A stretch of 62,856 bases of DNA, filler included, from Collodictyon triciliatum (lineage: Eukaryota), in assembly GCA_043381765.1 (NCBI GenBank). It is 5 parts of 5 records of this genome, joined end to end, with 100 filler letters (N's around TTAATTAATTAA, not from the genome) between each part and the next. Parts side by side here need not be neighbours in the genome. Positions count along the whole stretch, not along the records: positions 15,148 to 40,870 come from JBHJMP010000668.1; 4 more parts are not named here. One strand, 5' to 3'. Positions 19,484 through 38,400 of the stretch are shown one piece after another. Under the pieces are notes generated by a model. It was given only the letters and a program-made list of their open reading frames with translations, was not told the DNA's origin and did no database searches. The stretch's first letter is position 1; each line of letters opens with the position of its first letter. The position numbers and the translations under genes were made by a program.

Positions 19484-20543
19484 TCTTCTCTTTTTAGCTG
19501 CAGGATTTAAACATAGATACCAGGATTGCTCAGATGATGGTATGATAGGGTAGTCTTTTCCTTCTTTTTTTTCTTTTTTTATGGCTCTTAAACCTTTTGC
19601 TTGGATGGTCTTTGGCCTCTGTCACAACATTCTTCTCATCCTGTGGGTTCGACTTTTCCCCTGAATCGAGGGAAGCCGGCTCTTTAGCTGGTGCACTCGA
19701 GGACACTGTGGTAAAGGAAAACAAAATTCCAGGATTTCATGAAGCTTAATCAAAATCACAGGATTCAAAACAGATTTAGTTTCTTCAGTTCTTGAATAAT
19801 TAATGGAGGAACCTGGTTTTTGTGGAGCTCTCTTGAATCTTCGCTGTTGCATTTCGATGACTAATTCATCGGGTGAGGGTGTATCAAATGTGAACGGTTT
19901 GATCTTGGCATCGCTTTCGAAGGATATGATCGATAATCCGTGACTAAGGAATTTGGATATGGCTTCATCCTCCACGTACTCTTTGCATACAATGCCAGCC
20001 AGTCCAGAGGGGATGGCTGAATACAACTTGGGATGAACTTTGAGTGCAGTTATTTCAAAAGAGTTTTTTGCCTCTTTACTCGAGTCCACTCTAGATAAAT
20101 CGTGCTGCAGCAAAGATATTGACTCCTTCAAATTATCTAATACACGTGCATCAGCCGTCTTGTCCTGTGCGGCTAACGGGGTCGCATGGTGTTGGGTTTC
20201 TACGCTGCCATCACCTGAAGTGAGTGGCCGGATACTTTATCAAACTGCAGCCAGTGACACACTATCTTTGCTTAAATCTATGAAAATAAAGAAAAGAAGA
20301 AACGAAAAGAAAGAAAAAGGATGGGCCTGGCGAATAATTTCAAGGAAGCTCAAGGCACCGCATGTATTGCGACTCAAGATTTTGGCACTTACAAAGACTT
20401 CTGTTGAGAGAGCCGCGATACAGAATCCCGATGGCCTCGTCGACGTCGTTTTCTGCTTGCTGCAGGGCCAGACGAACATCCTCCTCCGGAAACTCGTCCC
20501 CCACAACTTCAATCACCTCCTCCACGAGCGTTTCAACATCCAT
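15999..20543 (-). CDS. SKI7/HBS1: Ski7-like / HBS1-family translational pseudo-GTPase
   Basis: HBS1-N-like helical N-terminus (VEEVIEVVGDEFPEEDVRLALQQAENDVDEAIGIL), PFTFDTPSPDELV motif, G1 GEVNSGKST, LAWILDETAYERRQG, G3 DVPGS, G4 NKMD, FIPSSGLSG, PLRLSIYDIY, domain III end FGRVSLLSNGRLIAVGVV*. The start could alternatively be at 20642. Confidence 0.9.
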
Positions 20544-21228
20544 CTGCAAAAACAACGTGACAAACAAGTCAACAAAGAAAAACACGAGAAGCCCGTTCTT
20601 CTGTCGCAAGGCCTGAGTCTTTCCCGATTCAACGATAGCCATTCATTTAGGCGCAAGGCTGTGGACGCACACAGTACTGCAAATCGTTCAGCTTGGCCCG
20701 AGCCGTGCATTCAAGAGTTGTCTAACAAAAGCAGCGTGAGCGCTTCAGTTTCGCCGAGCCGCTCAGAGGCCAGGCAATCATACGCGTCCACACCGAAACG
20801 CGCTTTGGGACTGTTATGGCATGAGAGCGCCGGTCCGGATTCATTTCACGCATCCGATTATTCTCATGACAGTTTCTATACTGAGCACACCCGGCGCGGA
20901 ACAAACGAAGCGGCCTTGGGCGCAGGTAAACGGAGTCAACGCTCTGAAAAGATCACTTCGTGGCGTATTGCTGGTTGGGAATAAATGTTGGGGCGCGAGT
21001 CGGAGAGATAGAGCGTCTGTTGCGGCTGCATTGGTTTGGGGAGGCTTCTTGATTGCCGAAGACTTGCAGGCCACCACAAAGCGCCACCATTTCTGACACT
21101 CTCGATCTGCAGGGCAAAGCCCAGGAGAATACGCGCAGATGATCGGCTGGGGGCGAACTCCCACAAGGAATTCTGCAAATAACACCACAAAATATGCGAC
21201 CGCCAAGCGCGAAGGCAACCTCCTTCGC

Positions 21229-26584
<5,356 letters not shown>

Positions 26585-26595
26585 AGCTGCCGGCT

Positions 26596-27530
26596 TAGAA
26601 ACGGAAGTGTGACTTGGGTGCATCTGTATCACCCTACCACACTATATATATAAAAAAAACAGCCCTCACTTACCTCGGGTTCAAAATAGATAAAGCTAAA
26701 CTGTGTTCAAATCGTACCTTTTTGTCCCTGTTACTGCTTTTGCAGAAAGTTTGTAGAAGGATAGCCAAACATGCACACCTCCTTCCTCTCTTTATATATT
26801 TTATAAAAAAAATTGTGGGGGGCAGGGAAGTAGATAGCACAGTGCCACATCCGTCAATGGTGCACGATTTAGTTCCTACATGCCGAGCCACACTGCACTT
26901 GGTTATGTAACACATACAAAGCGTATATAAAAATCAATGAAAAGTTGAATAAATAATCAAATATTGTTCATTTTGTGATAAATATCATATATTCCACATA
27001 TATAATCCAATTAAGACCAAGTACCAAATATTTTTCAACCATCTATTTTTCCCGTGTGTTATCCTAATGCGGATGGCATTTACTGGGTATGGTAATTCCT
27101 AAATTCCTGGGAATTGTGTATTCCTGTCCATTTTCAAGAATATGGCCAAATTCATATGCAAAGCATTGAATAGCACTGGGGTGTGCGAGTTTTTCCCTTT
27201 TTTTCCCTCCTCCTTCTTTCGTTTTCCTAATATTTCCTGACCTCATGTCCACATTTCTATTCGCTCATTCCTTTCCTTTCGGGTTATCTCTTTGCGAGTG
27301 ACATTTTCCCTTCTGCGGCGCCGCCAATAACCACGCGACACCGAGCCACTTGCCAGCCTCCTCAAAGACACAGCGCCCGACCCTGTGATAGAGCAGCCAG
27401 GCCAAGACGTATGGAGCGAACGCCGAAGCATTTCCACGCGCAGAGATGCCGGCCGTACGAGACGCACGAACAAGCGAGCGCAATGCCGGGCGCAGCCGAG
27501 GCGCAGGGACAGTGACGTGGCTTCCATCGA
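26596..27530 (-). CDS. Possible small gene whose first exon resembles a mitochondrial presequence
   Basis: GC-rich, Arg/Ser-rich and acid-poor N-terminus MEATSLSLRLGCARHCARLFVRLVRPASLRVEMLRRSLHTS...RRLASG..RGYW followed by a GT donor; minus-strand donor and acceptor signals at 26670-27180. Downstream exons could not be resolved. Confidence 0.3.
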
Positions 27531-27850
27531 TCCCTTCTGTTCGCAAGCTGTCTGATGAAAGCGCTGGAGGCGCAGCCGCACACACCATCCTTCTTTCTTG
27601 CTTGCCGCAGCTCGGCCTCAACACACGCGAGCCCAGCCTCATGACCTCCTCGAGTCTGCAGAATAGCTGGCGCGTGTGTCCTTTGCTCTTTTCATGGGGC
27701 CGCAGAGCCTTTCGCGCGCTATTCCTCGCCTCCACAGACAAACACGCTTCCAGCCAGACCCTCTTTTCAGACCGCGGCCGGTCGAAACCTGTCTTAACCT
27801 AACATTCTCGTCTGGACCGCACAGAAAAGAGAAAAGCCACGGGAAGAAAC

Positions 27851-30800
27851 ATGCCGGCTAAGTCCCGAACCGCCCCAGCGCTGCCTGCCCAGGCCCGCCA
27901 AGCTTCGGTGGAGATAAAGAAAGACGCTTCGTGGACACCGGACGACTCATCTGTCTTCCGCACCACGTTTGGGCCTCTGCTCATCATGACCGGCTGCCCG
28001 ATCCTTGTCCGCGTCCTCATGACTTTGATTGCCTCCCCGAATGCCGCCCTGTTCCAGGCACTTCTCACGTTTGCAGTCCTTTGATGCTGCTTTCCTCGCC
28101 ATTTGGCCCACCGTCCTACACGGTCAACAACAGAATGTCTTTGCTCGGCCAGTTTTTACTTTCTGTGCGTTTTTAGATAATAGTACCGAAACAAAGAAAA
28201 TAATATAACTATAGGGTTGATCCCACAGTCTGGCCGTCCCCAAACATCGCTTCCCTCAAGATCCTTGCCGGATTCATTCTCTTGCAGGCTCTGCTCCTCA
28301 CCATTCTCCCAGGTATCCACGACTTTCTTCTTACTCCCCCAACTGTCTCTACCCGTGCTGTGCTTTGCTGCCATCTCACGATATGCTTGCCTGCGCGTTA
28401 AAAAGGTGATGTGTACTACGGACCCGTCACCCGCAGAGGAAACCAACCCCTCTACAAGCTCAACGGGCTCTCTGCATTCTTTCTGACACATGCTATTTTA
28501 ATCTTGGCAGAGTCTTTTGTTCCAGGGTACTTAATGGACTAATTTGCAATAATTTTCTCTCTTTCTTTCTTTCTCTCTCCCTCTCTAAGCTTGCAAAACT
28601 TGACTTATATAGGACTATGCATTCAGTTGTCATTATTTCCTTCCCTCTCCAGATTCCGTCTCGCATACTTGATGGATATGTATCCCTCATTCGTAATGAC
28701 CTGTGAGGCCGTTGGACTTGCACTCTGCTTTCTTATATATGTGAAGGTAATCCGTTTGTGTGTATAGGCCACGTACTATTCTGTGAAAATTATATGAGGT
28801 CACCAACCTGAATTAAATAGCGATTACAGCATCGATGAATTATGTATAAGTTCAGTGTGTCGAAAATGACGCGTTCTTGTTTGAATAGGGTATTTACTTT
28901 CCATCCTCTTCGGACAGCAGCATTGTTGGAAACATCATTTTTGACTTTTGGTCAGCCCGTCTTATGAAAACAATGAGGATACTTGTTTTATAATAATATG
29001 GTGGCTCTTCTAATATATTTTGCTTGCCATAAACGCAATAGGAATGGCTCTGAGTTGCATCCGACGGTATATGGTATCAATGTCAAGCAACTCTTCAACT
29101 GCAGAGTGTCCATGCTTGGGTGGTCAGTTATTGCAGTCGCATGCATCCGAAAGCAATATGAGGTTTTTGAGACCTTTCTTCCCTCATCTTTCTCCAAAAA
29201 AAAAAAAAATAGTTTAAGAAAAACAAAAACAAATGCTGCTTTGATTCCACACTATGAAATTTAGTTTCTATGTGTGTTTATCTTTACGTTGACTTTTGCA
29301 TATCATTAATAAAAGAAAATATGGGGGGTTGGAATCTAGATTCTGGGTTACGCTTCAAATTCTTTGGTTGTCGCATCAGCCCTTCAAGTTATTTACTTGG
29401 CAAAGTTCTTTTATTGGGAGGTATTAACTAATTCCCTGGTATTTGTTTTGATTGCTTGTTTTGCCCGTTCCTTTCATCGCAGTATCAAAATTTGATATTA
29501 TGAAGGCTGCCAGTTCCGATCTTAATGACCTTATCTAATTTATGGTAGTCTGGGTATTTTGGAACGTTGGACATCATCCACGACCGTTTCGGATTTTACA
29601 TCTGCTGGGGAATTATGACTTGGTTAGTCTTAGTTCCATCTCTAATCAACAGTAACATAATTATTTTTCTTAAAAAAAAATAATTAATGAACATGGGATT
29701 GGTGTCATTGCGTGTGCCTTATTACCCTAAATAATCCGCTCAGGGTTCCAGCCATATATCCCATCAGCAGCGTGTACCTGATGAACAATCCTGTCTTTTT
29801 GAATGATTTTGTTGCTTTATCTATATTCCTTGTTGGGATGGCGTCTATCTATCTTAATTACACTGTGGATGCCGAGGTCAGCTGCTTTCTTTATAGCGTA
29901 AATTCATTAGCCATAGCAATTAATTTATCTTTCGCGTATCGTAATGCAGTATTTTTGTTGTTCCTGGTGTAATAGAAACAACTCGTTCGTTCCACCAAGG
30001 GCAAATGTCAGGTGAGTATATGTCTCCGTTAAACTGGTCTGCTACAACTCAACTGTTTTTTGCGATGAAAGTAACAAATTTTTCATGAATAAAATCAGAT
30101 ATGGGGGAAACCTCCAGTCCTCATCGAAGGGCACTATGTCACAGACGATGGCAAGCAGCGTTCCAATCTATTGCTGGCCTCCGGGTGGTGGGGCGTCTCG
30201 AGGTAAGGATGTGAATATTTTCTAATAATGTGATTCGGCATATAATTTTAATGACTTCAAATTGTACTTGCTGCAACCCTTTTCTTTTTTTTCTTTTTAA
30301 GTTAGTTTCCTCTAATAATAACAATAATAAAAACGTTCTCATAGACATTTCCACTACGTGCCGGAGCTGATTCTAGCTTATTCATGGTATGTTGGAAAGA
30401 TTACCCATCACCCGATGCATTTCACTTTTATTCATCTCTTTCATAACGGTTACAGGAGTCTGCCAGCATTCACTCTGAACATCATTCCATATGTTTACGC
30501 GATATTCCTGACCATCCTCTTGTTCGACCGAGCCTACCGCGACGACGAACGCTGCCGTGTAAGTGATTTCCCCTCCTAGAATGATGGCTTCAGACCACAG
30601 CATGTCTTTTGCAGACACATGCACGGCATACTTTCTTTCTCTCTTTCTCTCTTTCTCTCTTTCTCTCTTTCTCTCTTTCTCTCTTTCTCTCTTTCTCTCT
30701 TTCTCTCTTTCTCTCTTTCTCTCTTTCTCTCTTTCTATCTCGCGCATATGCTTGGGGAGAAAATGTTGACCACCCGTTTGCAAATCCAGTTCAAGTACGG

Positions 30801-30861
30801 GGAAAGCTGGACCCAGTACTGTAAGCGCGTTCCGCACCGCATCATCCCAGGCCTTTTCTAG
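27851..30861 (+). CDS. DHCR7: Sterol delta-7 reductase (ERG4/ERG24 family, DHCR7/DWF5-like)
   Basis: RTTFGPLLIMTGCP, GPVTRRGNQPLYKLNGL, GNIIFDFWNGSELHP, KQLFNCRVSM, LDIIHDRFGFYICWG, LLASGWWGVSRHFHYVPEL, DRAYRDDERCR|FKYGESWTQYCKRVPHRIIPGLF*. Confidence 0.92.
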
Positions 30862-31144
30862 GCCAAGCACGGGGCAGTCGCAGCCACAGCCACCACTCTA
30901 ATGCCTTCCTAATCAACCCCGTGCAGCATCAGCCTTTTGATGCGCGCAAACCCAATAAAACGGAAAGAACGCACGCCGGCGCTGCTGCTTCTTTGTCCTT
31001 CTGTTGTCCAGCTTTTATGGTATCCCACCGTTTGTCGGGCACTGCACTTTTGCGGCCAGGGATAGAGGGTTTGGCACGCCCGCTGCATGCGTTAGTCACA
31101 GCAAAATCCACAGGCAGAAGCAGATCACCCACAGCAGCACAGCC

Positions 31145-31600
31145 ATGACGCTCTCGCAGAAAACCTACACCGTGATCGACCCGCACCAACTGCGGCAAAC
31201 ATACCGCATCGGCCACCACAGCCATCACCATCCGCAGCACCGCTCTCTGCCGCAGCAGCCACACCTCCTCCAACCACAGTTCGTTAAGGCGCCACCCCTT
31301 CAACCGCAGCTTCTTCAACCACAGTTCGCTCAACCACAGCTTCAGCCCCAGGCACGGACTCTGCCGACCACACTGACTCCGCGCAGCACAGGCTCTGCAG
31401 ACACGAGCTACCATAGTGCTGCCGTGCCGGACTTTGCGGCCGAGAAGGCGCGGCTGGAGAGGCTGCGGCAGCGACGCACGGTGGAGCTTGACCGGTATGC
31501 GGCACGCGACCGCGAGATCCAGAGCCTTCTCGACCGCACCCGCCACCACCAGGAGCGCCACGCACAGCCGCATGCGCCGACCAGCGACTCCAGCCAGTGA
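31145..31600 (+). CDS. Single-exon hypothetical His/Gln/Pro-rich protein with a C-terminal coiled coil
   Basis: GC-rich intact ORF MTLSQKTYTVIDPHQ...LQPQ repeats...AEKARLERLRQRRTVELDRYAARDREIQSLLDRTR; no family recognised. Confidence 0.5.
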   Translation: MTLSQKTYTVIDPHQLRQTYRIGHHSHHHPQHRSLPQQPHLLQPQFVKAPPLQPQLLQPQFAQPQLQPQARTLPTTLTPRSTGSADTSYHSAAVPDFAAEKARLERLRQRRTVELDRYAARDREIQSLLDRTRHHQERHAQPHAPTSDSSQ

Positions 31601-32416
31601 CGCCCTCTTCCTCTTCCTCTTCCTCATTCTCTCACGCTTTCTCCCTCATTCCCTCGGGCTTTCTCTGGCTGCACCCGCACACCACCCCGACTAAACCGGC
31701 GCGTTGGCAAAGCCGCCCATGTCCAGGACAACGGGCTTTATTAAGAGTATGTCGNNNNNNNNNNNNNNNNNNNNNNNNNNNNNNNNNNNNNNNNNNNNNN
31801 NNNNNNNNNNNNNNNNNNNNNNNNNNNNNNNNNNNNNNNNNNNNNNNNNNNNNNNNNNNNNNNNNNNNNNNNNNNNNNNNNNNNNNNNNNNNNNNNNNNN
31901 NNNNNNNNNNNNNNNNNNNNNNNNNNNNNNNNNNNNNNNNNNNNNNNNNNNNNNNNNNNNNNNNNNNNNNNNNNNNNNNNNNNNNNNNNNNNNNNNNNNN
32001 NNNNNNNNNNNNNNNNNNNNNNNNNNNNNNNNNNNNNNNNNNNNNNNNNNNNNNNNNNNNNNNNNNNNNNNNNNNNNNNNNNNNNNNNNNNNNNNNNNNN
32101 NNNNNNNNNNNNNNNNNNNNNNNNNNNNNNNNNNNNNNNNNNNNNNNNNNNNNNNNNNNNNNNNNNNNNNNNNNNNNNNNNNNNNNNNNNNNNNNNNNNN
32201 NNNNNNNNNNNNNNNNNNNNNNNNNNNNNNNNNNNNNNNNNNNNNNNNNNNNNNNNNNNNNNNNNNNNNNNNNNNNNNNNNNNNNNNNNNNNNNNNNNNN
32301 NNNNNNNNNNNNNNNNNNNNNNNNNNNNNNNNNNNNNNNNNNNNNNNNNNNNNNNNNNNNNNNNNGTGTCTTCCTTCTGAAAAAGAAAAGAAAAGAGCTA
32401 GGTGTTCCAATATTAC

Positions 32417-35400
32417 GTTAAATTGGGTCGAGAACTGGAACAATGTGACAAAGAGTGCATCTGGGTCAAACGAAGATGGGTCTTCGGCGAAGTGTTCTGT
32501 AAAGGGTTATACAGCGATAAATATAACACCAGAGATGGATGTGTTGAGCCGCCAGCTTGAGGAATAAAAAAGAAAAAAAAGAAGACGCAAAGGCGTGAGA
32601 GTAGGAAGGCTTACTGGCCAGTTTTTCAATCGAAGTCTTCATGATTTTTCCACGGTCGATGAGTTTATCGATTTTGTCTGTAGCCTCCTCCATGAAGTTC
32701 TTCAAAAATAAAGGGCGGAGTGTGTATATTGCGTGCATTAACGAAAGGAATGAGAACAAATACTCCAGGTTAAGGTTTTGGAATATACCAGGACTCGAAT
32801 TGCAAAGCGAACATACAAGATATGATTATTATTTTTTTTTTTGTTTGTTCTTGATAATTACCGCCATAAGTTCGACAAAGCGATCTCCCTTTGGGAGGGT
32901 GTTTCCTGACTCGGTGGCCTCCTCAACCACTTGCTCCAGGCGTTGCAGCTCCTGTACAATTCCCTCTAACTCAGCGTTGAGCATTGGAATCGAAACTATT
33001 CAGGTTTTTAAGTAAAACAAGTCGTTAATTGAACTACAGTGTCACATCGACACCAAATATGAAGTTGAAACAAAGTTGCAGGAGGAAATAATATATATCT
33101 CGACAGTTGTCTCCTCGAAAGACTACCTGTTACGGCATTTGCTACGTCAGGCATCTCATCCAAGAAGGTCATAACTTCAGGTTCACTATTTTTGGTAAAG
33201 TTCAGGAATGGTTGGCAATGAATTTGTCACAATCAGTGCCATTGCTTTACTGTTAGTATCGAATCATAAAAGAAAGAATAAGGCACTGCGCATAGTTTAA
33301 TCGCAACGACAGACCGTTCATTGATGTAGTTTGCTAGGAAGTGCAAAAGTGTAGTCTTTCGGTCAACAGCTCTGGTATCAGCAAGCTATGTTTTCAAGTG
33401 TAATGTGAATGCCAGGTCAGCAATAAAGTCAAAGCGTGTTTGAGCCCGTTGACTTTGTGATAAATTGACTAATTAGAATGAACAAACACATAATAGAAGA
33501 GAAGGCGAATAATATATATATTTAGTTACACAATACAGGCTAGGATAAAGACCTTGAGCAATGTGTCGATACGGAAACCGAGGGCGTATCCTTTAGCAGT
33601 TCCAAAGTTGAGGTAATTACCAAACGCAAGCACAATCTAAATGTTACAATTGATAGAAGAGTATAAGCTGTGTCCACAAAATTCAATTTATTCAGAATAA
33701 AGTGGGCATCAGTTATTCACAGATATAACGACAACAGTGGTAAGAATAAACGGGTACAAACTTCCAAGAGTCTGGTGAATTTCTTGTTTTTAACAATTTG
33801 CTCGCTGGCATTAGAAATATGCTGGAGCTGCTCTTCGATGTCGGGCAAGCTTTCTGCCAAATCCAACTTGAAAATGATTGCGTCCAGCCGACTCTTGAGG
33901 TGGGGTATTTCGATCAACTGTGTATGCATATTTATTAGCAACATGTCTAAAAATTACTGCAAAGCGAGGACAGTTTTCCCAGTTAACCAAACGACAAGGA
34001 GAAAAATGCTCAATTTTTGAAAAAATAAGTAATCGAAAGAGTGGCTTATATTAAGGAACACGTGGCTGCCATAAATATTTTTATGCGCACTTTTATTTCC
34101 TTTTTCTTAAATTCTTTTGGACTGTTTCTTTTTCCTTGAACAGACATACCTTGAGGAAGAAGTTTTCGGGACGCCCAAAGTGTGAGCGGTCGCCGTCATA
34201 AGCTCGAATCATTTTCTCCTAATATGCGTGAATGAAAATGTGTAAGTGCACGTGATTCAAATAAAACATCCCCTAGCTTTCATACTTGAACTGGAGATAA
34301 AAACTCTTGGCATTGAATATAATGCAATATAATATGTGTTTGACTTGAAACCTCTTCCTCAGACGGGCTGTACTGAGCAAGTTGGCGCCAGGAGTCTTCG
34401 GGAAGAGCCTCCACTTTCATGTCGATGATCGAGCGAACGATGTCTTCGATAGGCATCTTTGAGGATTCCAACAGAATTTCTAATCGCATTACATCGTGTT
34501 AGGAAATTTCAACACTCAAAGCCACAATAAGAATTAGTTTGATATGATATGGTATATATCAAATGGTCACCAATAATGTAGAGTCGCTTAGAATCGAGCA
34601 ATTGTGTTGCTCTAGGCTTTCCACTAGCACCGCCTGAATGAGATGAATACGTGGAAATTGAAGCGGGTTAGTCAAGAGGACTGAACATAGTGCATACAAG
34701 AAAAGAACTCAAGCAACAGAATTAGAGAATGAAGACTATAGGTGTAATGGATTAACGTGCCCATATCCTTGGCTGCTTCTGCCTTGAACATAGCCTGCAA
34801 TATTTCATCATCGACATCTACGTTCAAATCGGTGGCATGCTCCCAGACAGAGTCGGCAAGGTCACCGCGTCCAACCTTTTGCCAATGCAACTGCTTGGTC
34901 TTTGGCTGGCCTAAATATATTAGACAGGAAAACGTGTGCATACGTCGATGAGTGTGCAGTAGAAGCAATCCGCCTTAATGGCTCTTCGGTATTAAAAAAA
35001 AAAAAGAGAGAGAAAAAAAAGTGAAAATAACAAAGGAAGCAAGACACAATTAAAAATCTTTGCGTGCCCCAGTCTCAAATCCTCCATATGGATGACATTT
35101 TGCTCGAGTGGAGACATTCAGAGCAGCCCATACAAAAAGGGGGCATCGTTCATAGATAATTCAAACACAACACCCAGTCTCCCGAAGCAAGCTAGAAGAT
35201 GATAGAAAAAAAATACAGATCAAGAGAGTAAGGATAGACGAACCGCTGTCCGCGCCGGGTGCGCCAGGAGGCGGTGGTGGTGGAGGCGGGCCTCCCATTC
35301 CCGGGGGCGGCGGAGGTGGCGGAGGTGCTCCTCCCATCCCTGGAGGCGGTGGCGGCGGCGGCGGACCACCGGGACCTCCGAATCCTGGGACCATGGGCGG

Positions 35401-38400
35401 GGCTTTGCTGATGCCGTTGGCCAGGGCAGAGTACTTGTTGGTGCGCCGACCCGACCCGGCCTAATGTGGAAGGATGCGAGTGTGGATATGTGCGCAATAT
35501 GATTAGAGAAAAAGAAGGATGATGTTTCGTGCGATGTTGCATTGTCTTTTGGTATCGATAGTGGCAGAGGTAGGTTCTTAATCAGGCGGGGTCTGAGTCG
35601 TGGAGGGTGGGTAAGAAGAGAAGAAGAGAAGAAGAGAAGAAGAGAAGAAGAGAAGAAGAGAAGAAGAGAAGAAGAGAAGAAGAGAAGAAGAGAAGAAGAG
35701 AAGAAGAGAAGAAAAGAAGAGAAGTAGAGAAGAAGATAAGAGAAGAAAAAGGTAATGGGCGTGCAATAAATGTTAAAATAGGCTATTCATCATATGTGAA
35801 ACAATCATGCAACCTTCATATTGAACATAGGGTTCATCTCGATGACTTCCTGTGGTCTCTTTGAAGAAATTTGTGATGCAATCTAAAAACATAAATGGAG
35901 TCGAGATTAGAGCAGAGTAGAGAAAATAGACTAGCGAGGTAAAATATGCAGTCCAAAATTGAGTATATTCAACAAAAGAAACTAAATCTTCTCTGTCTCG
36001 GGTACATATGATTATGAGTGCTGTTCGAATCGCAAGTAATCTGGAAAACCTTTTGCTGTTTAGCAAGGGCAGTTGGGTCTTTGGTTCGCTTCAGCTCGGC
36101 CAACTCGTCTGCAGCTGATTTAGAGTCCTTTGCGGAGGCATCTGCTTTTGGAGGTACTTTGTTGGGTGCTGTGTTTGGTTGTGCGGTCGATTGTGAGCGT
36201 TGCTTCACCGAAATGTTAGCTGCTGGCTCAGTGGACTCGGATATGGCGACAACACGACTGCCCTGGGTAATGCCGGCAGCTTCGGAGTACACCATAAGTT
36301 TGCCGTCGCGCATGACTGGTTGGTCTCCAGCCTTCAGATCTGACGGGTAGATGGCCAGCTCGCCAGTCGGTAGCATAATGGCCATCATTCCAGCGGGTAG
36401 CTTCAGCTCCTTCAGTGCCTTCTCCTGGGCTGGTGTGAGTCCAGAGATGTTTTGCAGGACTGTGGTTGTGGACGAAACAGGCCCGTCCTGACCACGGAGG
36501 GAACTGGCCATCGATTCGCTGCCCCTTCGCTGAGAAGCCGTGTCGTCTCGGTCGTTACGCGAGCCGCCGTCTTTGTTGATGTTCTTTCCTTTGGTGCGAG
36601 ACACAGTCGAGTACTTGCTCCATTCGCCCCATCCTCCCCAGATGTCTACTTCCTCATCATCGACATAGAGGCCGGCTGACGGGTCCTTCCCTTGGAACAT
36701 CGACCCTGGCTTGTTCTCGCGGTATCCAAGCGCCGTGGCTTGACCAAAGTTCTTCTTCGCGAGCTGTATTTGCATTCGAGATACGGTCAGATTTTAGATT
36801 GGCTGGAGTTTTTTTAACAGCACGCATATTTCACAATTATTATAGAAAAATGTGTTTTTTTTTTTTGATAATACCACACTATGCAATTATTATTAGCGTC
36901 AAACATTTATCTCAATGGAAGAGTTTAAATTTAAGGCATAAAAAGGAAACGGAGGCTCATAATGCGAAATATAATGAATAAGCTAAGTGTACATTTGACA
37001 AGCTTGAGAACGTCGAAATTGTTAGCAAAACCAGGTCCCGAGTGAAATCATCCACAACAACAAAAATATAACTGATCTTCTTGTTGAATATTATCGTGAA
37101 CTTTCCTTTCTCTGTGACATCGACTATAGTCTAAAATTTGTCCATGGGGTATTAATCCAAATTGAGGAAGGGGTGATGTGCAATATGGAGAAATATATCA
37201 TGTTTATATGCTCGCTTTTTCTTCTCCATTTAAAAGGAACTAGAATATATTGTCATACACCATCAAAAAAAAATATACTACTGTTCATAATGTATATGAG
37301 AACCTTAACGCGGTCGTGGCGAGATTTCACAACTGCAACCAAGCTCTTCATAATTTTGACTGAATTATTATCAACAAATATTTGTCTCTTTTCATGGACT
37401 TTACCAAACACATTAACCTATTCGAAAGTACAGGCAATGAAAGCATGATAAAGTAGAATCGACATTGAACATGTTCGCTCACAATATCATATGGTACTGA
37501 GAGATTTTCTTGAAAATACCCTGATCAACAAACTGTAACCGAGAGTGTTGAGGGCGACGTGAGAAAGGAAAAAGGATGATCAAAAGTATATGGATTACAT
37601 CGAATGTGGCCTCCCCACAGAGAACATTCTTTTCCACCATTTGAGAAAGCCTTGGATCTAAGTAAAGTCACCAAATATGATACGAATTATAAAGATATCC
37701 TGACAACTACAACTTCAGAAGAAGAAAAAAGACAGAACAGGTATCCTACCAACTGATAGAAATTCATCAGGAATGCTGGCGACTACCGTCGGACCGCGAA
37801 TTCCATCCTGCAGAAATCACGATATAATAATAAGGGTTGAATACAGAGAAGAATGCATAAATGTCGAGATGAGACTCTAAGGGGAAAAAAAGAAAGGAAA
37901 GACAGGCCTAGAGTCACCCACCATCTGGTAGTAACATAAGCTTTAGTATGATTGAAAGTAGTATATTTGAGTTTCTCTTGTCCTCTATATAGATATGTAT
38001 CTATTATGTTTCACCTCACGGACTGGTGTGTATTCAACTCGCAGCTTACAATTAAGATCCTCGACACTGGGTTGGTATGTGTCTCCAGTTGCACCTTAAG
38101 AGAAAGCACGAAGAAGGAGGAGGGAGGGTGAGAAAGTTATTACATTTTTTTAAAATTAGAAATAGATATATTTGAAGTGAAGGCACGCTGTCACGTTGAT
38201 AGAATTTTGTTTTGGTATCAAGTACCTCTGATTGCGGTGTAGTACCAATTGTGCTGCGAACGGTACCATTGAATAAGACTATGATTGGAAAAGCACAAAT
38301 TAAAAAAAAAAAAACGTTAAGTCACTAACAATTTCAATGGATTGAAGGCGTAAAAAAAAATAAAAAAAAAAAAGCCTAGAATAGAAAGAAAGGCGAAGCA

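Noticed and set aside
20040-20984. 314-aa plus-strand ORF
   Set aside because: It is an antisense shadow of the Ski7-like gene's 5' exons and GC-rich promoter, and it reads through an intronic A-rich tract.
28082-28084. In-frame TGA in the sterol reductase ORF (possible readthrough or selenocysteine)
   Set aside because: A GT-AG intron at ~28069-28215 removes it and gives ALLTVDPTVWPSP.
31597-32567. Long ORFs containing X runs (also 54449-55303)
   Set aside because: They are open only because they span N gaps.
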